From: Gonapodya sp. JEL0774
Lineage: Eukaryota
Assembly: GCA_027604505.1 (NCBI GenBank)
Contig: JADIIX010000105.1
Location: forward strand, 1-64,000
Direction: 5' to 3'
DNA: 64,000 nucleotides
The notes beneath the pieces are model-generated. The model saw only the letters and a list, made by a program, of their open reading frames with translations, searched no databases and was not told the origin of the DNA. Positions 26,158 to 38,867 of this stretch are shown piece after piece. The first letter of the stretch is position 1. The number at the start of each line of letters is the position of its first letter. Position numbers and translations under genes: made by a program.

Positions 26158-26880
26158 TGTCCCGATCGCCGATCCGGATTCCTATTTTCTGTCCCGGTAT
26201 AAAATACTGGGTTTATTTGATGTTGAATATTATTATTATGCCACTTGCGTTGTTGATATCTACATATATCTGTTTGGTGTCCCCCCCCGATTGCGTCGCT
26301 CTGTCCCTTGGTGTCGCAAGAGTCCCGGCACAGGGGTTGTGCCGACCCGCGAACTGAGAATATCGTGATGGTATAATACGAAGAAGCCCACCCCGAGGGC
26401 AAAAGTACCAAATTCGTATCACGATGGATTAGTCCTTATCGTATTGTTGAAGAGGTTTCTCCAGTGACGTATAAAGTACGACACTTGTATACTGGTGCTG
26501 AGACTACGGCGCATGTTCAGCGTCTTCGAAAATTTGAGGCCCACCCACGAATACTCAATGATGCATTGGGTACTTGTTGTGCACGATGATGCAGATCTCG
26601 CAAAACCGCCTTCAGAGATGCGAAAAGCTGAAATAGCAACACCAATTGGTGTAGATCAAGCTGGTGATATTGCTTATTACGAAATGGAAAAGCGTGATTC
26701 ATGAACAAGTAAATAGAACACTTGTTGAATATCTTGTTAAATTTCGGGGTTACGCTGTACCTGAATGGACCGTTGAGGACAACATCTATGGGCAAGATCT
26801 TATCAATGGTGCGAGAATGCACATCTGGCGGGGAATAATGGACGACCCATCAGCCGCCATTCTAGGCTGGCTGGAATGAA
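26158..26880 (+). mobile_element. Degenerate Ty3/Gypsy chromovirus remnant (putative LTR, integrase GPY/F tail, chromodomain)
   Basis: From 26401: KFVSRWISPYRIVEEVSPVTYKVRHL..AHVQRLRKF (GPY/F module). After frameshifts: YYEMEK../EYLVKFRGYAVPEWTVEDNI (chromodomain). In-frame stop at ~26374. TGTCCCG...CGGCACA-bounded LTR-like segment at 26158-26332. Confidence 0.8.
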
Positions 26881-27373
26881 ACATTGTCTTGAAGAGCGAT
26901 GCAATGCTCTATTGCAAGGTCCGTTGACAACAGATCAAACGAAACTAAAGCGCAAATGTGGCGGTGCAAATGCGCGAGCTAAAAAGAACGCAAGCAAAAA
27001 AATAACAATGACAGATCTTTTGCTGTGAAAAGGAGAAGAGTGTGAAGCAAGTGCCACATGAGAGATCTTGTGGGGAATGGTTTCATGAGAACGATCTCGC
27101 TTTGTCCAATGTTGTGCGTCCCCAGACGTGAAGACTCCACACACCAGCTATAGAAATGAAGATTTGGATGTAATTATCAACAACAATGAATTGTTGTGTG
27201 TAGTAAAAAATTCCAATGAGCTCTTAGCTCTCACGGCCTTGCAATGAGCGCAAAGCTTCACCCTGCACGTTCAATTCTCGGGCTTCACACAGGTTGTCTG
27301 CCAAGCAAACAGAGCATCAGTGCACCCCAGCTGACCATGTGATGGACTTCCATCATAAATAGGAAAGCTGAAA

Positions 27374-27642
27374 TGTGACAGGATTTGGTGTGAAGAGCAC
27401 AAGAGAAACTCGACTGGGGACAGCAGCAGCAGAAAAACGCGATCTCGAATTCCGGATCGATTCCTCCTCCTCCCATCCCACACAGTGGAAGTAAAAGAGT
27501 TATAGTTGTATGTATATGTATATAGTAAGTAAGTGTTAGTTCGTTCCGCGCTGGACGTGTGCTGTGGTCCATATGTGCTGCGGTCGTCCCTGGTGTGCCA
27601 ACCCTCTGTGGCCACTCGGCTGCTTTCTTTCGTCACCGCACA
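27374..27642 (+). mobile_element. Possible degenerate LTR
   Basis: TG...CA-bounded with an AT-rich core. Short motifs (TCCGGAT..TTCCT; GTCCC(T)TGGTGT..CAA) are shared with 26158-26332. Confidence 0.3.
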
Positions 27643-27953
27643 CGCACGCAGACAATTCGAGGGTTGATCGCATCGAGAGTGTCTCCCAGCGAGCGGACCG
27701 ATCAGAAGGGGTGACTCCTCCTCCTCTCCCTGGCATCGATCGATCGCAGGTCCCCCGTGTCTCCCACGTGCCACTCTCGTCCTGGCACGGCCAAAGGCTC
27801 CACTCCACCCACTCCAGCACCTACTCTCCCGTCCACCGCCTTCCCCCCCATTCCCTCATTCCCTATCACCCCCATCCACCTACCCCATCCCCCAATTCCC
27901 CCATCCCCACCTTTCCCCATCCACCTTCCCCCTTCTCCCCATCCCCACCACCC

Positions 27954-30472
27954 ATGCCGTCTCCCACCTCTCTCCCCCATCCCGCCCCTTACAACCCCCT
28001 CCTCCCCTTCCTCTCGTCCCTCCCGCACGCCCTCTTCCTCGACGGCGGCCTCGCCACGGAGCTCGAGGCAATGGGGAAAGACCTCGCCGACACCTTGTGG
28101 TCCGCAAAGGTCCTGTTTGAAGACCCCAACGCCATCAAGCGTGTTCACATGGACTATTTCAAAGCGGGGGCTCAGGTCGCCACGACGGCCAGTTATCAGG
28201 GAAGGTGAGTGGAGGTGAGCGAAGCGAACCGGAGACCGGCCCGGTGCGACCGTCGGGCCCGAGCGGAGTGAGCGAAGCGAACGGAGTCAGCATCTGCGGG
28301 CTTTGCCCCACTGAAAGAGAGTTCAGCGGTCCGTAAGGGCCAATGACCCATATCACCGGTCCATGTAAAATTTGGCCGCCCTGAGAGACTTCCCCCCCTT
28401 GTCTTCCGCACACCCCTTTGACCTCTTCGCACCTCTTCCAACCTTTCACACCGTTCCCCCCGTCCCCCATCCGAACCCGTCCCCACCGGTCGCAACCCCG
28501 TCGGTCTCGTCTCCAGCGTCACGGGATTCATGAACCGAGGATTCTCAAGGACAGAGGCCGTCGAGTTGATCAGGCTGTGAGTATGTTATGTTTTCTTCTC
28601 CCTGCCGGTGGCCGGTTTCGACAGGGTGAGGGAGGGCGTGTAGGGCGTGGAGGGGGTCATGTGACATTGTGGCGGGTGGGGTGGGATTTGTCCAACGCTG
28701 TAGTTTTCCACGTCGGACGAGGTTTTCAAGAGGTCTTTCGAGAGGGTGAAAGATGGGTCGGGGGGGAGAAGAGTGCGGAGCACGGAGCACGGAGCACGGA
28801 GCACGGAGCACGGAGCACGGGTTTTGTACTGTTGTGGTAGAAGTGGATGTGGACGCGTGGTAGCGTGGGATTTGGTTGGGGCATTGGACGGGGGGTTGAC
28901 GTGGCGAGACTCCCGGACCGTCCTCGTTCTGGATTCCCTTCCATCCTAAAACTCGCACCTCCCACCCCCTGTTGTGGTTGGGAGTGGATGCGGACGCCTG
29001 GTAGCGTAGGATTGGGGCATTGGAGGGGGGTTGACGTGGCGAGACCCGGACAGTACTCGTTCTGGATTCCCTTCCATCCTAAAACTCGCCCTTTCCCACC
29101 CCGTCACCCCTCACCCTCCCTCTTCTTCCCGCCCCAGCTCCGCCGACCTCGCCTTCTCCGCCCGCGCTGCTCACCTCACCTCCCTCCCGCACCCCCCGCC
29201 CCTCCTTCCTCTCATCGCCCTCTCCTCAGGCCCCTACGGCGCCACCCTTCACGACGGGTCCGAGTACACGGGCGCCTACGTGCCCACCACAACACCGGAG
29301 ACGTTGGCGCAGTTCCATAGGGAGCGGTGCGAGGTGTTGGTGGGGGAGGCGAGGAGGTGGGATGGGGAGGAGGAGGGAGGGGGCATGGCAGGCGGAAAGG
29401 GCGCCTGGTTCGTGGCGGTGGAAACCGTGCCCGCCGTGGCCGAGGCCCGCGCGGCCCTGTCGGTGTTTGCCCCCTCCCCTGCCTCCTCCACCTCCACCCC
29501 GCCCCCGCTCTCTTCCATCCCCGTCCTCCTCTCCTTCTCCTACGCCCCCTCAGGCGCCACCACGAGCTACGGGGACACACCCGCCGCCGTGGCCCGCGCC
29601 GTCCGCGACGCACTCGACGACGGAGTCAATTTGGTCGCGGTCGGGGTGAATTGCTCCCCGCCCGGGGTCGTACGCAGGGTCCTGGCGGAGTTGAGGAAAG
29701 AGTTGGACCTGGTCGGCGTGCAGGTGGACGCACGGGGTGGCGGTGTGCACGGCGCCGAACCCGCACCAGCACCAGCACCCCGCTTCTCCATCTCCCTCGT
29801 GGCGTACCCCAACCGCGGCGAAGTGTACGACGTGGTTCACAACGCGTGGCACCAGGCGGCCGAGTCCACCGGAGCCGGCGGGGTAGAGGCGGGCTCGGAA
29901 CAGGGATTCGCAAAGACGGCCGTCGGGTGGTGGGAAGAGGGGTGTAGGGTTGTCGGAGGGTGGTGAGTAGGCTCGTGTGTGGCGGGGGGGAGGGGGCAGG
30001 CGGGACGGCGGGACGGCGGGTTGTGTGTGGTGGGGGTTGGGGTTGGGGTTGGGGGGTTTTCTCGGCCAACAGTCGTGTCGTACAATGCGTGCACCGCGTC
30101 GCGGTTATGGCCATGTGTGACGCCCGTGCTGCTCCCACCTAACCGCCCCGTTTCCCGTTCCCCCTTTCCCTGCATCCCCTTCTCACCACCCCCGCCACCA
30201 GCTGCAGAACCACTCCTGGCCACATCAGAGCTGTCCGGGCCGCGTTGGAGGAGCGGGCGGCGAGGGGATACGGGGTGCAGAGGGTGGGGGCGGGGGCGGG
30301 GGAGGGGGAGGTGTCCAAGGACAAGGCCAAGGGAAGCGGCGGGAACGAGGTCGGTGTGACACACGAGGTCAAGGGAAACGCAACGAGCGGCACAAACGGG
30401 ACGAACGGGACGCACGGCACGGGTGGCACGGGTGGCAAGGGTGTCACGTCCCCCTCCCCCGCCCCATCCTAG
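27954..30472 (+). CDS. Homocysteine S-methyltransferase (SAM4/MHT1/MmuM family)
   Basis: FLDGGLATELE..LWSA, TTASYQ, SGPYGATLHDGSEYTGAY, AVETVP, GVNC, YPNRGEVYD, VVGGC|CRTTPGHI. All three Zn-binding Cys are present. Confidence 0.95.
28776..28820 (+). repeat. Heptamer tandem repeat (CGGAGCA)x6.4 in intron 2 of the methyltransferase
   Basis: Directly visible in the sequence. Confidence 0.95.
28829..29101 (+). repeat. ~138-bp tandem duplication (2 copies) in the same intron
   Basis: CTGTTGTGGT..GTGGATG..GGGCATTGGA..GTTGACGTGGCGAGAC..CTCGTTCTGGATTCCCTTCCATCCTAAAACTCGC occurs twice. Confidence 0.9.
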
Positions 30473-31314
30473 CACCTGAGCACCGGTGGTGTGCGTGTGG
30501 GTGTGCGTGTGGAGTCCCCCCCCCTCGCACAATGTGTTGCAAGGGTCGTGGGTGGTGGTGCTTCGTTGTAGATCTGCCATCCGCCGTGCCTTGGGGACCA
30601 CACGATTCGATACGGTCTTGAATTTTTTTGGGGGGGTGAGCGGCTCGGGGCTAGGCGGGGTGGGTGGGCTGGGGGAGCTGGGGGAGCTGGGACTGTGGGA
30701 AGCACTGGACGGGGGACATGGTGGGAACCTGAGTGTACGGGTAGAGTAGAATTTGCGTCTAGAACTACCTTATTCCCCCCCGCCAACGCGCACACGCAGT
30801 TCGGTACTCGCTGCTATTAAGGGTTTGGTGTGTGTTCGCCCGCCCCCCCCCGCCCCCCCCCCCCCCGTCCACCACCACCTCCCCAGTCAATGGTGTGATT
30901 GAGATATGTGACTGAGTGAGGGGGGGGGCCAGAAAGGGGGAACGGCAAACGCGGACGAGGATGGAACAGGCACAGGAACTACGAATCGGGGGGAATTGCC
31001 AGGATGCAGTTTTTGGTTGGATGAGTGGGTAGACGACATAGAGCATTGAAGGTTGTACGAGGTTCGGCTTCTCGGGTGAAAAGAAAAGTGAATCAGCGCA
31101 GGCAGTGAGATGAACAGCCATCGCACGTCGGTGACCACCGAACTGATCACGGATCGCATTTACATTTTTGATGCACGTTCGTACGTTGTTTTTTTTGCGG
31201 CCGATTTTGTTTGCCCCTATTCCTGATCAACAGTGCGAGCAATCTTACGATGGTAGTGTTACAATTTCTCGGAACAAGCCCTGTGGACCACAAACAATGT
31301 GTTATGAAATAGAG

Positions 31315-31989
31315 TGAGTGTTCGTTTCCGTACTACCAGTGTAACTTTGCACGAACCACAAGTGGTCCACGTACCTTCACATCGACAAGTTCAGGACCCC
31401 GTGGGAGTACGGGCCAGGTCGACGAGCTGCCAAAATCGACGTGCCCTCCACCTTTTGGTAAGGGACAGGAGCTACGAGCTCCTATGTTGATGAGAAAGGG
31501 ACCTTTGTGAGAATGGCCAGGTCGGCGAGTTTGATCACTATGTGACCAGGATGTATGGGAAAAGAGCCAGAGCTGCGAGCTTAGACATGGACCTGCTCAG
31601 AACGACGCGGAACGAATGGCAAAACAGCTGTGATCACACACACGGAACAAAGCATAAAAGATCTGGCCAGTGTACCTTGAAAGTATGCCGATCCACGCAC
31701 CGAAAGCTGAGCCGTCCTCACATGGCACTTCAACGTTACCGGAATCATGTTGGCACGAGCCAGGATCTCGAGAGTTCAAGTCAATGTGATCCACAGCTCT
31801 GGTTGAAAGACTGGTGCCTCGCTCCAGTGGAATTCCTGCCGTGGGGATCGGATTGACGCAAAAATTTTGATTCAAAGCCCACGCTGGTGTCCCTCCGGGA
31901 CATGATCTGTCAGTGTACCTACCAAGCGAAGTGATCATCAAGAGTGCAAGAAGGAGAGTGAGAGCTAAAGTATGAACCGTGGCATTCAT
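31315..31989 (-). CDS. Possible small secreted protein
   Basis: Signal-like MNATVHTLALTLLLALLMITSLG followed by GT-AG introns and a Cys-containing exon. The 3' end is uncertain. Confidence 0.3.
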
Positions 31990-33128
31990 GCCCGGGCGAA
32001 CTCTACTACGGTTCTTACCTCTCGCGATTGATGCGGCTGATGTCTCCACGACCGCGTACCTCCGTACGAATAGAAAAGGAAGATAGTATTGGAGCGCAAA
32101 ATGGGGTGGAGTTTATGAAACGTCCAGTTCTTGATCTTTGAAGGAACCATCCGAATGCGATTCCGGAAAAGCCAAGTGCCCACGCTATCTGCAAACTCAG
32201 GACATGTGCACATTATGAAAGTTCTGATTTCGATATACAGAATCGATTTGAGCAAGCTCCGCGACACCGCCGTTGAAAGGATGACCGAATGACAACAGAC
32301 TCGTTGTCCAACACGTAATCATCTTACATCGCGGACGATAGATGGTACTCAAAATATAGTGGAACCCATTACGGACGTACGCGTTCGTGCAGTACCATTG
32401 TAGATGTTGTTCGCGAGGATATATCTCCACGATACCTTTGTGCATTTTGGAAAAGCCCGCCAGCATGCTCAAACCGTCAATGTAACACACCGGGATTTGG
32501 TCCAACGGAGCCAATGGTACTCCGCGAGAAAGAGGGAAGGTAAGACTTAATGATGTTTGTTTTACTTTATAGCTTGAGACGAGCGTGAAAGATCGGTGGC
32601 AACTATTATTTAGTGTTCTCATTGCAAAAAGAATTATTGGTGAGAGTCCGCTCCACCAATGCTCAAGGAGCATTAGTAAGGGTTGCAAGTTAGTTGCAAG
32701 CTATCACCTTCCAAGCGTTGAATGGGACGACAGACGACATTGAAACTGCCAGGGGGGGACCATCCCACATATGTCAGTATTCCTGTTTACTAGCATGCGC
32801 TGGAAGACGCTTACTGTAATTGAACGGAACGTGCCGGCGTGTACTTGCTGCCATGTGGTCAGCTCTGGAATGCCCATCTGAACCAGTGAAAGGCACCAGG
32901 AGAATCAAATAATTAAGCTGCTGGTTTCGATAAAGATCCACTGGGCGTGTATGCATTGGTATAATAATTGTGAATTTATGTTATGGTGATTTGCAAGGGT
33001 TCCCTTATGAACCTGACCAGGCTGAGGACAAGATGAGTCGTGCTTTCTCGACTCAAAAATTCTGCATCTGCCGCCAATCTACCTATTCCACTGTTCCTGC
33101 CCAGAAAAAACAAACGCGAATTCATTTA

Positions 33129-36100
33129 ATGCTTTCGGCAACGGGCCCAATTGCCCCATTTACCGCGCAGAGTCCCGACGGCGACGGGGACGTCGAGATG
33201 GCAGAAGCAGACTCGGACGCCCGCGAAGTGACGGGAGCAGGGGACGCGGCCGGCGCCAGTTTGGGTAGCGCCGCTGACATGAAACCGCGTGCTAGTGTTG
33301 ACGGAGAGGCAAAGGAGCCCCGGCGTCGGTTCCTTGGCGGAACGGCGGGGGGGTCGTCTTCGTCGTCGTCGTTTGCGGGTAAACAGAGCCGTCGGCGCGC
33401 ACGGCCTCCACCATTGTCTCTGCCTGCGCAGAGACCACATTCTGTAGCCGTGTCGCACTCGTCGGACCAGCCATGGTTTGCCTCGGCGCCCGCTTCCGCG
33501 CAAACCGGTGCATCTGCGACCGCTACTACTGCCTTGTCTTCATGCTCCGCCTCAGCTCTACCTCCTCTTCCTCCCTTCTCCTTTAATTCTGTGTCAGGAG
33601 GAGCTTCTGCCCCACCTTCCTCGTCCGCATCTTCGCCCTCGGCCTCATCCCCTGCTCAGCCACAACCTCGCCGTATACTCAACCCCTCCCTGCACCGGAA
33701 CTCATGGCACGGTCAAGGCTCCGCCAAGCAGCACGCGTCTTCTTCGTCTTCTTCCGTGGCGTCACCTTCCTCTGCTGACGCCCACGCTCAAGCTCGTCCG
33801 CCATCCCTCGCGTCCTCCCTCTCGTCGCTCTCATCGTTTTCCGCACTCTCCGCACTCGCATCATCTGCAGCCTCATCTTTACTCAATGCTTCCTTTTCTT
33901 TTCGCCGTAACTCCCACGCCCACCAGCCGCCGCTAGCTCCACCGGCACTCCCGTCTCCTGGCCCTCCAGACTCCCCTTCGTCCCTCTCTGCGCCTTCACC
34001 TTACCCTCAGTCCTCTTCCGCTGCTCCTGATCCGCGTCGTCTGTCCGTGGGCTCTTTTGACTCGATCCTATACTCTCCCGTACCCCGTCCTGTGACTCAT
34101 CAGCATACCATCGGGTGTCCGGCACCTCCTTCTCCCACTGGCTCGCCTTTCCCTCTAACACTACCACCCTCAGTACTCTCTTCTCCCACCAACAACTTGA
34201 CCAACTCCTCAGCCCGGCCACCCCGTTCCCAACACCCGTCTCCCGCCTCCTATCCACCGCACGAACTGTTACAGAAGATCATTTCCTATCTTCCCCCTCC
34301 GGATTCAACTCCACTCTCCCTGATCTCTACAAACCCACCGGCACCGGGTCATCTTTTCTCCCTGACCTTGGTCAACTCTGCGTGGTACTATGCTGCCGCG
34401 GAGGCTCTTTGGCGTGACCCTCATTGGAGGGACATTGGCGCGTTCGAGAAGTGGGTGAGCGGTGTGGAGTGGGCAAGAAGAGGGGTGAAGGAAGGAAGAG
34501 CCATGACAGCGAGGACAGGCAGGGTGGTAGGGATGGTGCCGGGACTGGGAGCGATGGTGGAAGTCAATGGTGGGAAAGGAGGCTCATTGGGTCTCGTGCA
34601 TTCTGGAGAAGCTTTGGCATCCGTGCCGGCTGTAAACAAAAATCTTCCCATCGCCAAAGGCAAGGGAAAGCCGAAATCGAATGGACAATTTGGACTCGTT
34701 TCGTCTGTCTCGTCAAGTTACGTCACCCACAGCTCCATTCTGAGTGCAGTTGTCGAAGGAGAGCCTACTTCGGCGCCAGTCAGGCCAAGGAGCAGAGCGA
34801 GTGGAAGTGGGAGGGAGAAGGGGAAGGAAAAGGTCCAGGTGAGTTTGGTTCACGACTGAAGGAAATGGAGCATAGAAGGTCCCCTTGGGGTGACTGGAAG
34901 GTTAAGAAAACGTCGACGTTCCGTGAACCCTGGAGCGAAGTTTGCTTCAATCGAAGAAATCATTGTAAAGCTTTGCGTCACATCAATATCTCTGAACCCC
35001 TCCCTGCAGGCACCCTCCCCATATGGACGATCCGGCCCTGCCCTCCTGCGCCGTGTGTGCTTCCGGCGCACACCGCATCTCGTCGAGTATATCCGGGACG
35101 ATCATATGGCCAGACTTTCGGGAGCGTTCGGGGGAGTGCGAGAAGTGGACATGAGTGGTGAGTTGAGTTTCGGGGTTGTGTGTTACAGATAAACTTGGAG
35201 CTTTGTGCGGTGTAATGGCATGCGACTCACTAGTTTGATTGGTCGCTGTATAGGATGTAAGAACTTAACAGATGCGGGTGTGACGGAATTTGTCTCAGCG
35301 TGAGTGGGTCACAACAGTCATGAAGTATGGAGCAGTACCACTCAGAATGAATCCCCGACACATCACAGCACCCCCACCTACATCACCTCGCTTCAACTTT
35401 CCCATATTCCACACCTTTCTGACCCACTCTGCCTCGCCTTGTCCCTGTTCCTGGCACCTCACCGCCGCTTGGAGCGCCTCAGCCTGCGCTCGTGCGGCCA
35501 TGTATCCGACGCCGGCGTCGCCTCTATTTCATCAAGTTTAGGTCCAACTCTGCGCTATTTGGACGTTTCTGGATGCCGGCGGGTGACGGACCATGGGCTC
35601 GCAGCAGTGGTGAGGGGCGTATGCGCTGCGGGAAGGTTGAGAGAGTTGAGGGCGAGTGGACTGGCCAGAGTCACGAGGGCGGCATTGAAGGGTGCCTGCG
35701 AGAGACTATCGATCGGGTGTCCGGAGCTGATGTCGCTTGAGTTTTCTATACCCGCTCCTCCCGCAACGCAGAGGGACCACACGTACTACTCGATGCCTGT
35801 GCGTGCCATGAGCAACATTGCAGAGATTAGTTTGAGGGAGTGCGGTGGAGGTGTGACGGATGCGGTTGTCAAAACGCTTGCGGATGCGTGTGGAGATGGG
35901 ATGAAGGGAATCGCACTCAGGGGTGCGACGGCCCTCACGACAGCAGGGGTGGAATCCCTTTTGTCAGCGTGCCCCGGGTTGTGCAAAATCGACTTCCGTG
36001 GCTGTCGTCGGGTGGACGATCTGACAATTCTGGCGCTCGCCCTGTCGAGTTGCGCCGAAAATCTTGTCAGCCTCGATCTGGGGTCCACGCTTATTACCGA

Positions 36101-36746
36101 CGGGTCTCTATACGCACTCGAAGTGGGCGTTGGCCCTCGTCCGGGCTCGGATCCAGTGCGGGTGGCCAAGGCCGCGAGCTGCGCGTTCCCGAAACTCCAG
36201 AAGCTCGGTCTGTCAGATTTGGACCGTGTGAGCTTTGAAGGTATTTTTGCTGTCGCCCGACATCTCGCGCCCGTGATATGGGCACCAGATTGGTCCGTCA
36301 GCCGCGGAGGCGTTCTTGAAGAGGTGGATGTGTCGGGTATCCCGGACTTGGATCCTCGCCGTGCTGCCGCAATCTACGCACAAGGTGTACCATTACCAGT
36401 ACAGCCACTTGCTGGGTGGCCGCCGAATCCGGCGCCTGTAAATGTGGGACAAGTGCCAGGTGGGCAGGTTGGAGCTGGTGGCGGGAACTGGGCAGTGGCG
36501 AATGCGATGTTGCCGATCGCCCAATTTGTACAGAACGCTGTCGGTGCCGGTACCGTGACCGCAAATGTTGCGGGATTGGTGCAAAGGCCCTCCAGGCCGA
36601 CCGAAGAGTGGATCGAGGGCTTGTTGGATGTCCCTGAGAGGGTTGGGTCGGCGAGGGGGGAGTACAGATGGTGGTGTGCATTAAAGGGAGAGAAATGGAA
36701 AAGGGTTGTACAAGAGGCGTGGGCCAGGAAGGTGCGACGGGTGTGA
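33129..36746 (+). CDS. F-box / leucine-rich repeat (RNI-like, cysteine-containing LRR) protein
   Basis: Ser/Pro-rich N-terminus; F-box PPHELLQKIISYL..LTLVNSAWYYAAAEALWRDP; LRR-CC repeats LERLSLRSCGHVSDAGV, LRYLDVSGCRRVTDHGL, IDFRGCRRVDDLTI. Confidence 0.85.
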
Positions 36747-37264
36747 AAAGGAACACGCAACAACGATAATGACTGAACACGACAACAGCAGCCACCTCTC
36801 ACATTCTTTACCTCTGCACCACTCCGTACTGTGGAATAACTTCTTACGGGACGGACAGTCGTCGACCTGGGTCATTCATTACCCCTCACAATCCAAAATC
36901 GAAAATGCATGCCCTGTCCAACCTATTCAATCCATTCACGGAACACCTTTCAAGAAACACATTGGACAAGTGAATCGAGCCTTTAGTTGTGTGCCACTGT
37001 ACTGTGAGACGACGATGATACGTTGACTCTTGTTTTAATTTCTGACTGGGAAAACTTAATGCTTGTCTGATAATGTACATACAACCGTAGAGAGGAAAAT
37101 TGTAGATTCCGTGGTTTTTACAGTAAAAGCATTATTAGGTAGCAAAATCACATGCCTGGGCGAGGCCCGGCGCGGTGCGAATGAGTTTCGTCATCGAGTC
37201 CTGCGAGCGCACGCACAGAATCACGAGACGTCAATTCAATTCAATTCAACTCAAAAATTAGAAC

Positions 37265-38867
37265 ATGGGTGACCCAATTCCGTTTGATATCCCACCCTCT
37301 CGCACTGTCTCATCAGGCGCTCCAACCGCGACTTCCACCTCCAGGACGGAAATCCCCTTTTCGTCGCAATCTTGGGACTAAGCATCATTTTATTCTTCTC
37401 CGCAAGTCTTTGTCTGTATGCTGTGGTGCTCTCTTGCACTAGACGCAGACAGGGGTCCGGTGCAACAGCTCACGAAAACCAACAGCGGATAACACCTGAG
37501 GACAGGGGCTGGTTTTTACCCATCGATGAAGCATCAATCCCGTTAATACAATTTCAGAAACCGCATTCAAAGATTATCTCCTGGCTTTACTGGGCGGGAA
37601 GGGGTCAACCCACTTCAGGATCGACACCTGTTCTCAGCCCATCCATCCGTACCCTTCAAAATCGCCTGGAACGCTGGTGTCAATATCATCAACCTCAACC
37701 TCCGCATAGCTATTGTTTGGGAACGATTCCTGACTCCCCCGTAGATCGAGATCCACCAAAAACCCCTCTGACGCTTTGTTCGAGCTCATCAAGTTCGACT
37801 GTCGTCCACGAGACTCCAAGTGAGGTCTTTTTGACTCCAATACAATCCTCTGAAGGGAACCTTAAGTGTCTGGCAGATGGAGACTTCACCACGGGTGAGA
37901 GGGAGGAGGCCAGTAATGAACACCGCCACGAGAACAGTGGCTTGTTCCGGGGTCCCAATTATGGATTTGGAGGTGTATCCATTCACGGAGGGACTGCATT
38001 GACGTTTCTTATGCCGAGATCTGAAAGGAGTGTGTTCGCAGATCTAGCAGCGCCTTCGCAAGGAAATAGACTCGACCGGGACCCGTAGGAGAAGCATCAA
38101 TATTTTGAGGTTCAACTCTCCGAGATTGGCGCTGTTGGGGCCGAATACGTTTCTGGAGTTGAATCCGCGGTCAACAGATTCGCAACTCATCGCGCTCGCA
38201 GTGGACAAGGCACGAGAAATCTTGGGAACACACGAAGTCACAGCCAAGAGTCTGCTGAAGTGATTGAAATGTCGGCAGATAACGTGGCGGGACAAGGTTC
38301 TTTGAATCACTTCCGTGTTGCACAAAGGTCACTAGCTTCGATGGCAGCACGTGTTGCATCTGTGCGATCAACTCCGAGTCTATTCCTACCAAGGGCGGGA
38401 GATACAAACGTCATGATTGCTGTGGGGTTTGTGAGGTGAATACCACCACGATTCCCAATATGCGCCGGGCCGACAATTGATATTGTACTTCCAACACCTG
38501 CAGTCATCCATATCCTTACTTTCTCTTGCCAGGCCGCTACGCTTCTTCTGTGGCCGTAATTTCAACCGGTGCTTCTTGGTACCTGACCTCCCGGTCGTCA
38601 TCGACCTCGTTCCAGACGAAGTTGCCAGGCGAACCACCTCGTCAAGGTGACACAATTGGCGTTGGGATTGGCCCAGAAGGCTTTTGGGTCACCGCCAACG
38701 AAAATTTGATACAAACTTTAACAGGCAAGGACTTAGGGGACACAGACTGGAGATTCCGTATTGAGTGTGCTGTTGGAACGGTTTGGCATCCGTGTGTTGG
38801 AGCAAATGGAGCTTGTCAGATGCTCGCGTCGCTCGGCTCATGGAATGATATTCCTGGGGGTGGATGA
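37265..38867 (+). pseudogene. Ssh4/Ear1-like TM + SPRY domain gene with an in-frame TAG (and a possible frameshift)
   Basis: TM LFVAILGLSIILFF; ERSVFADLAAP; *EKHQYFEVQL; MIAVGFVS|HPYPYFLLPGRYASSVAV; QGDTIGVGI; WHPCVGANGAC. TAG at 38086-38088. Confidence 0.6.

Noticed and set aside
22228..30800. Many long overlapping Pro/Gly/Arg-rich ORFs
   Set aside because: Artefacts of high GC content and stop-codon scarcity. They are alternative frames of the MFS and methyltransferase genes.
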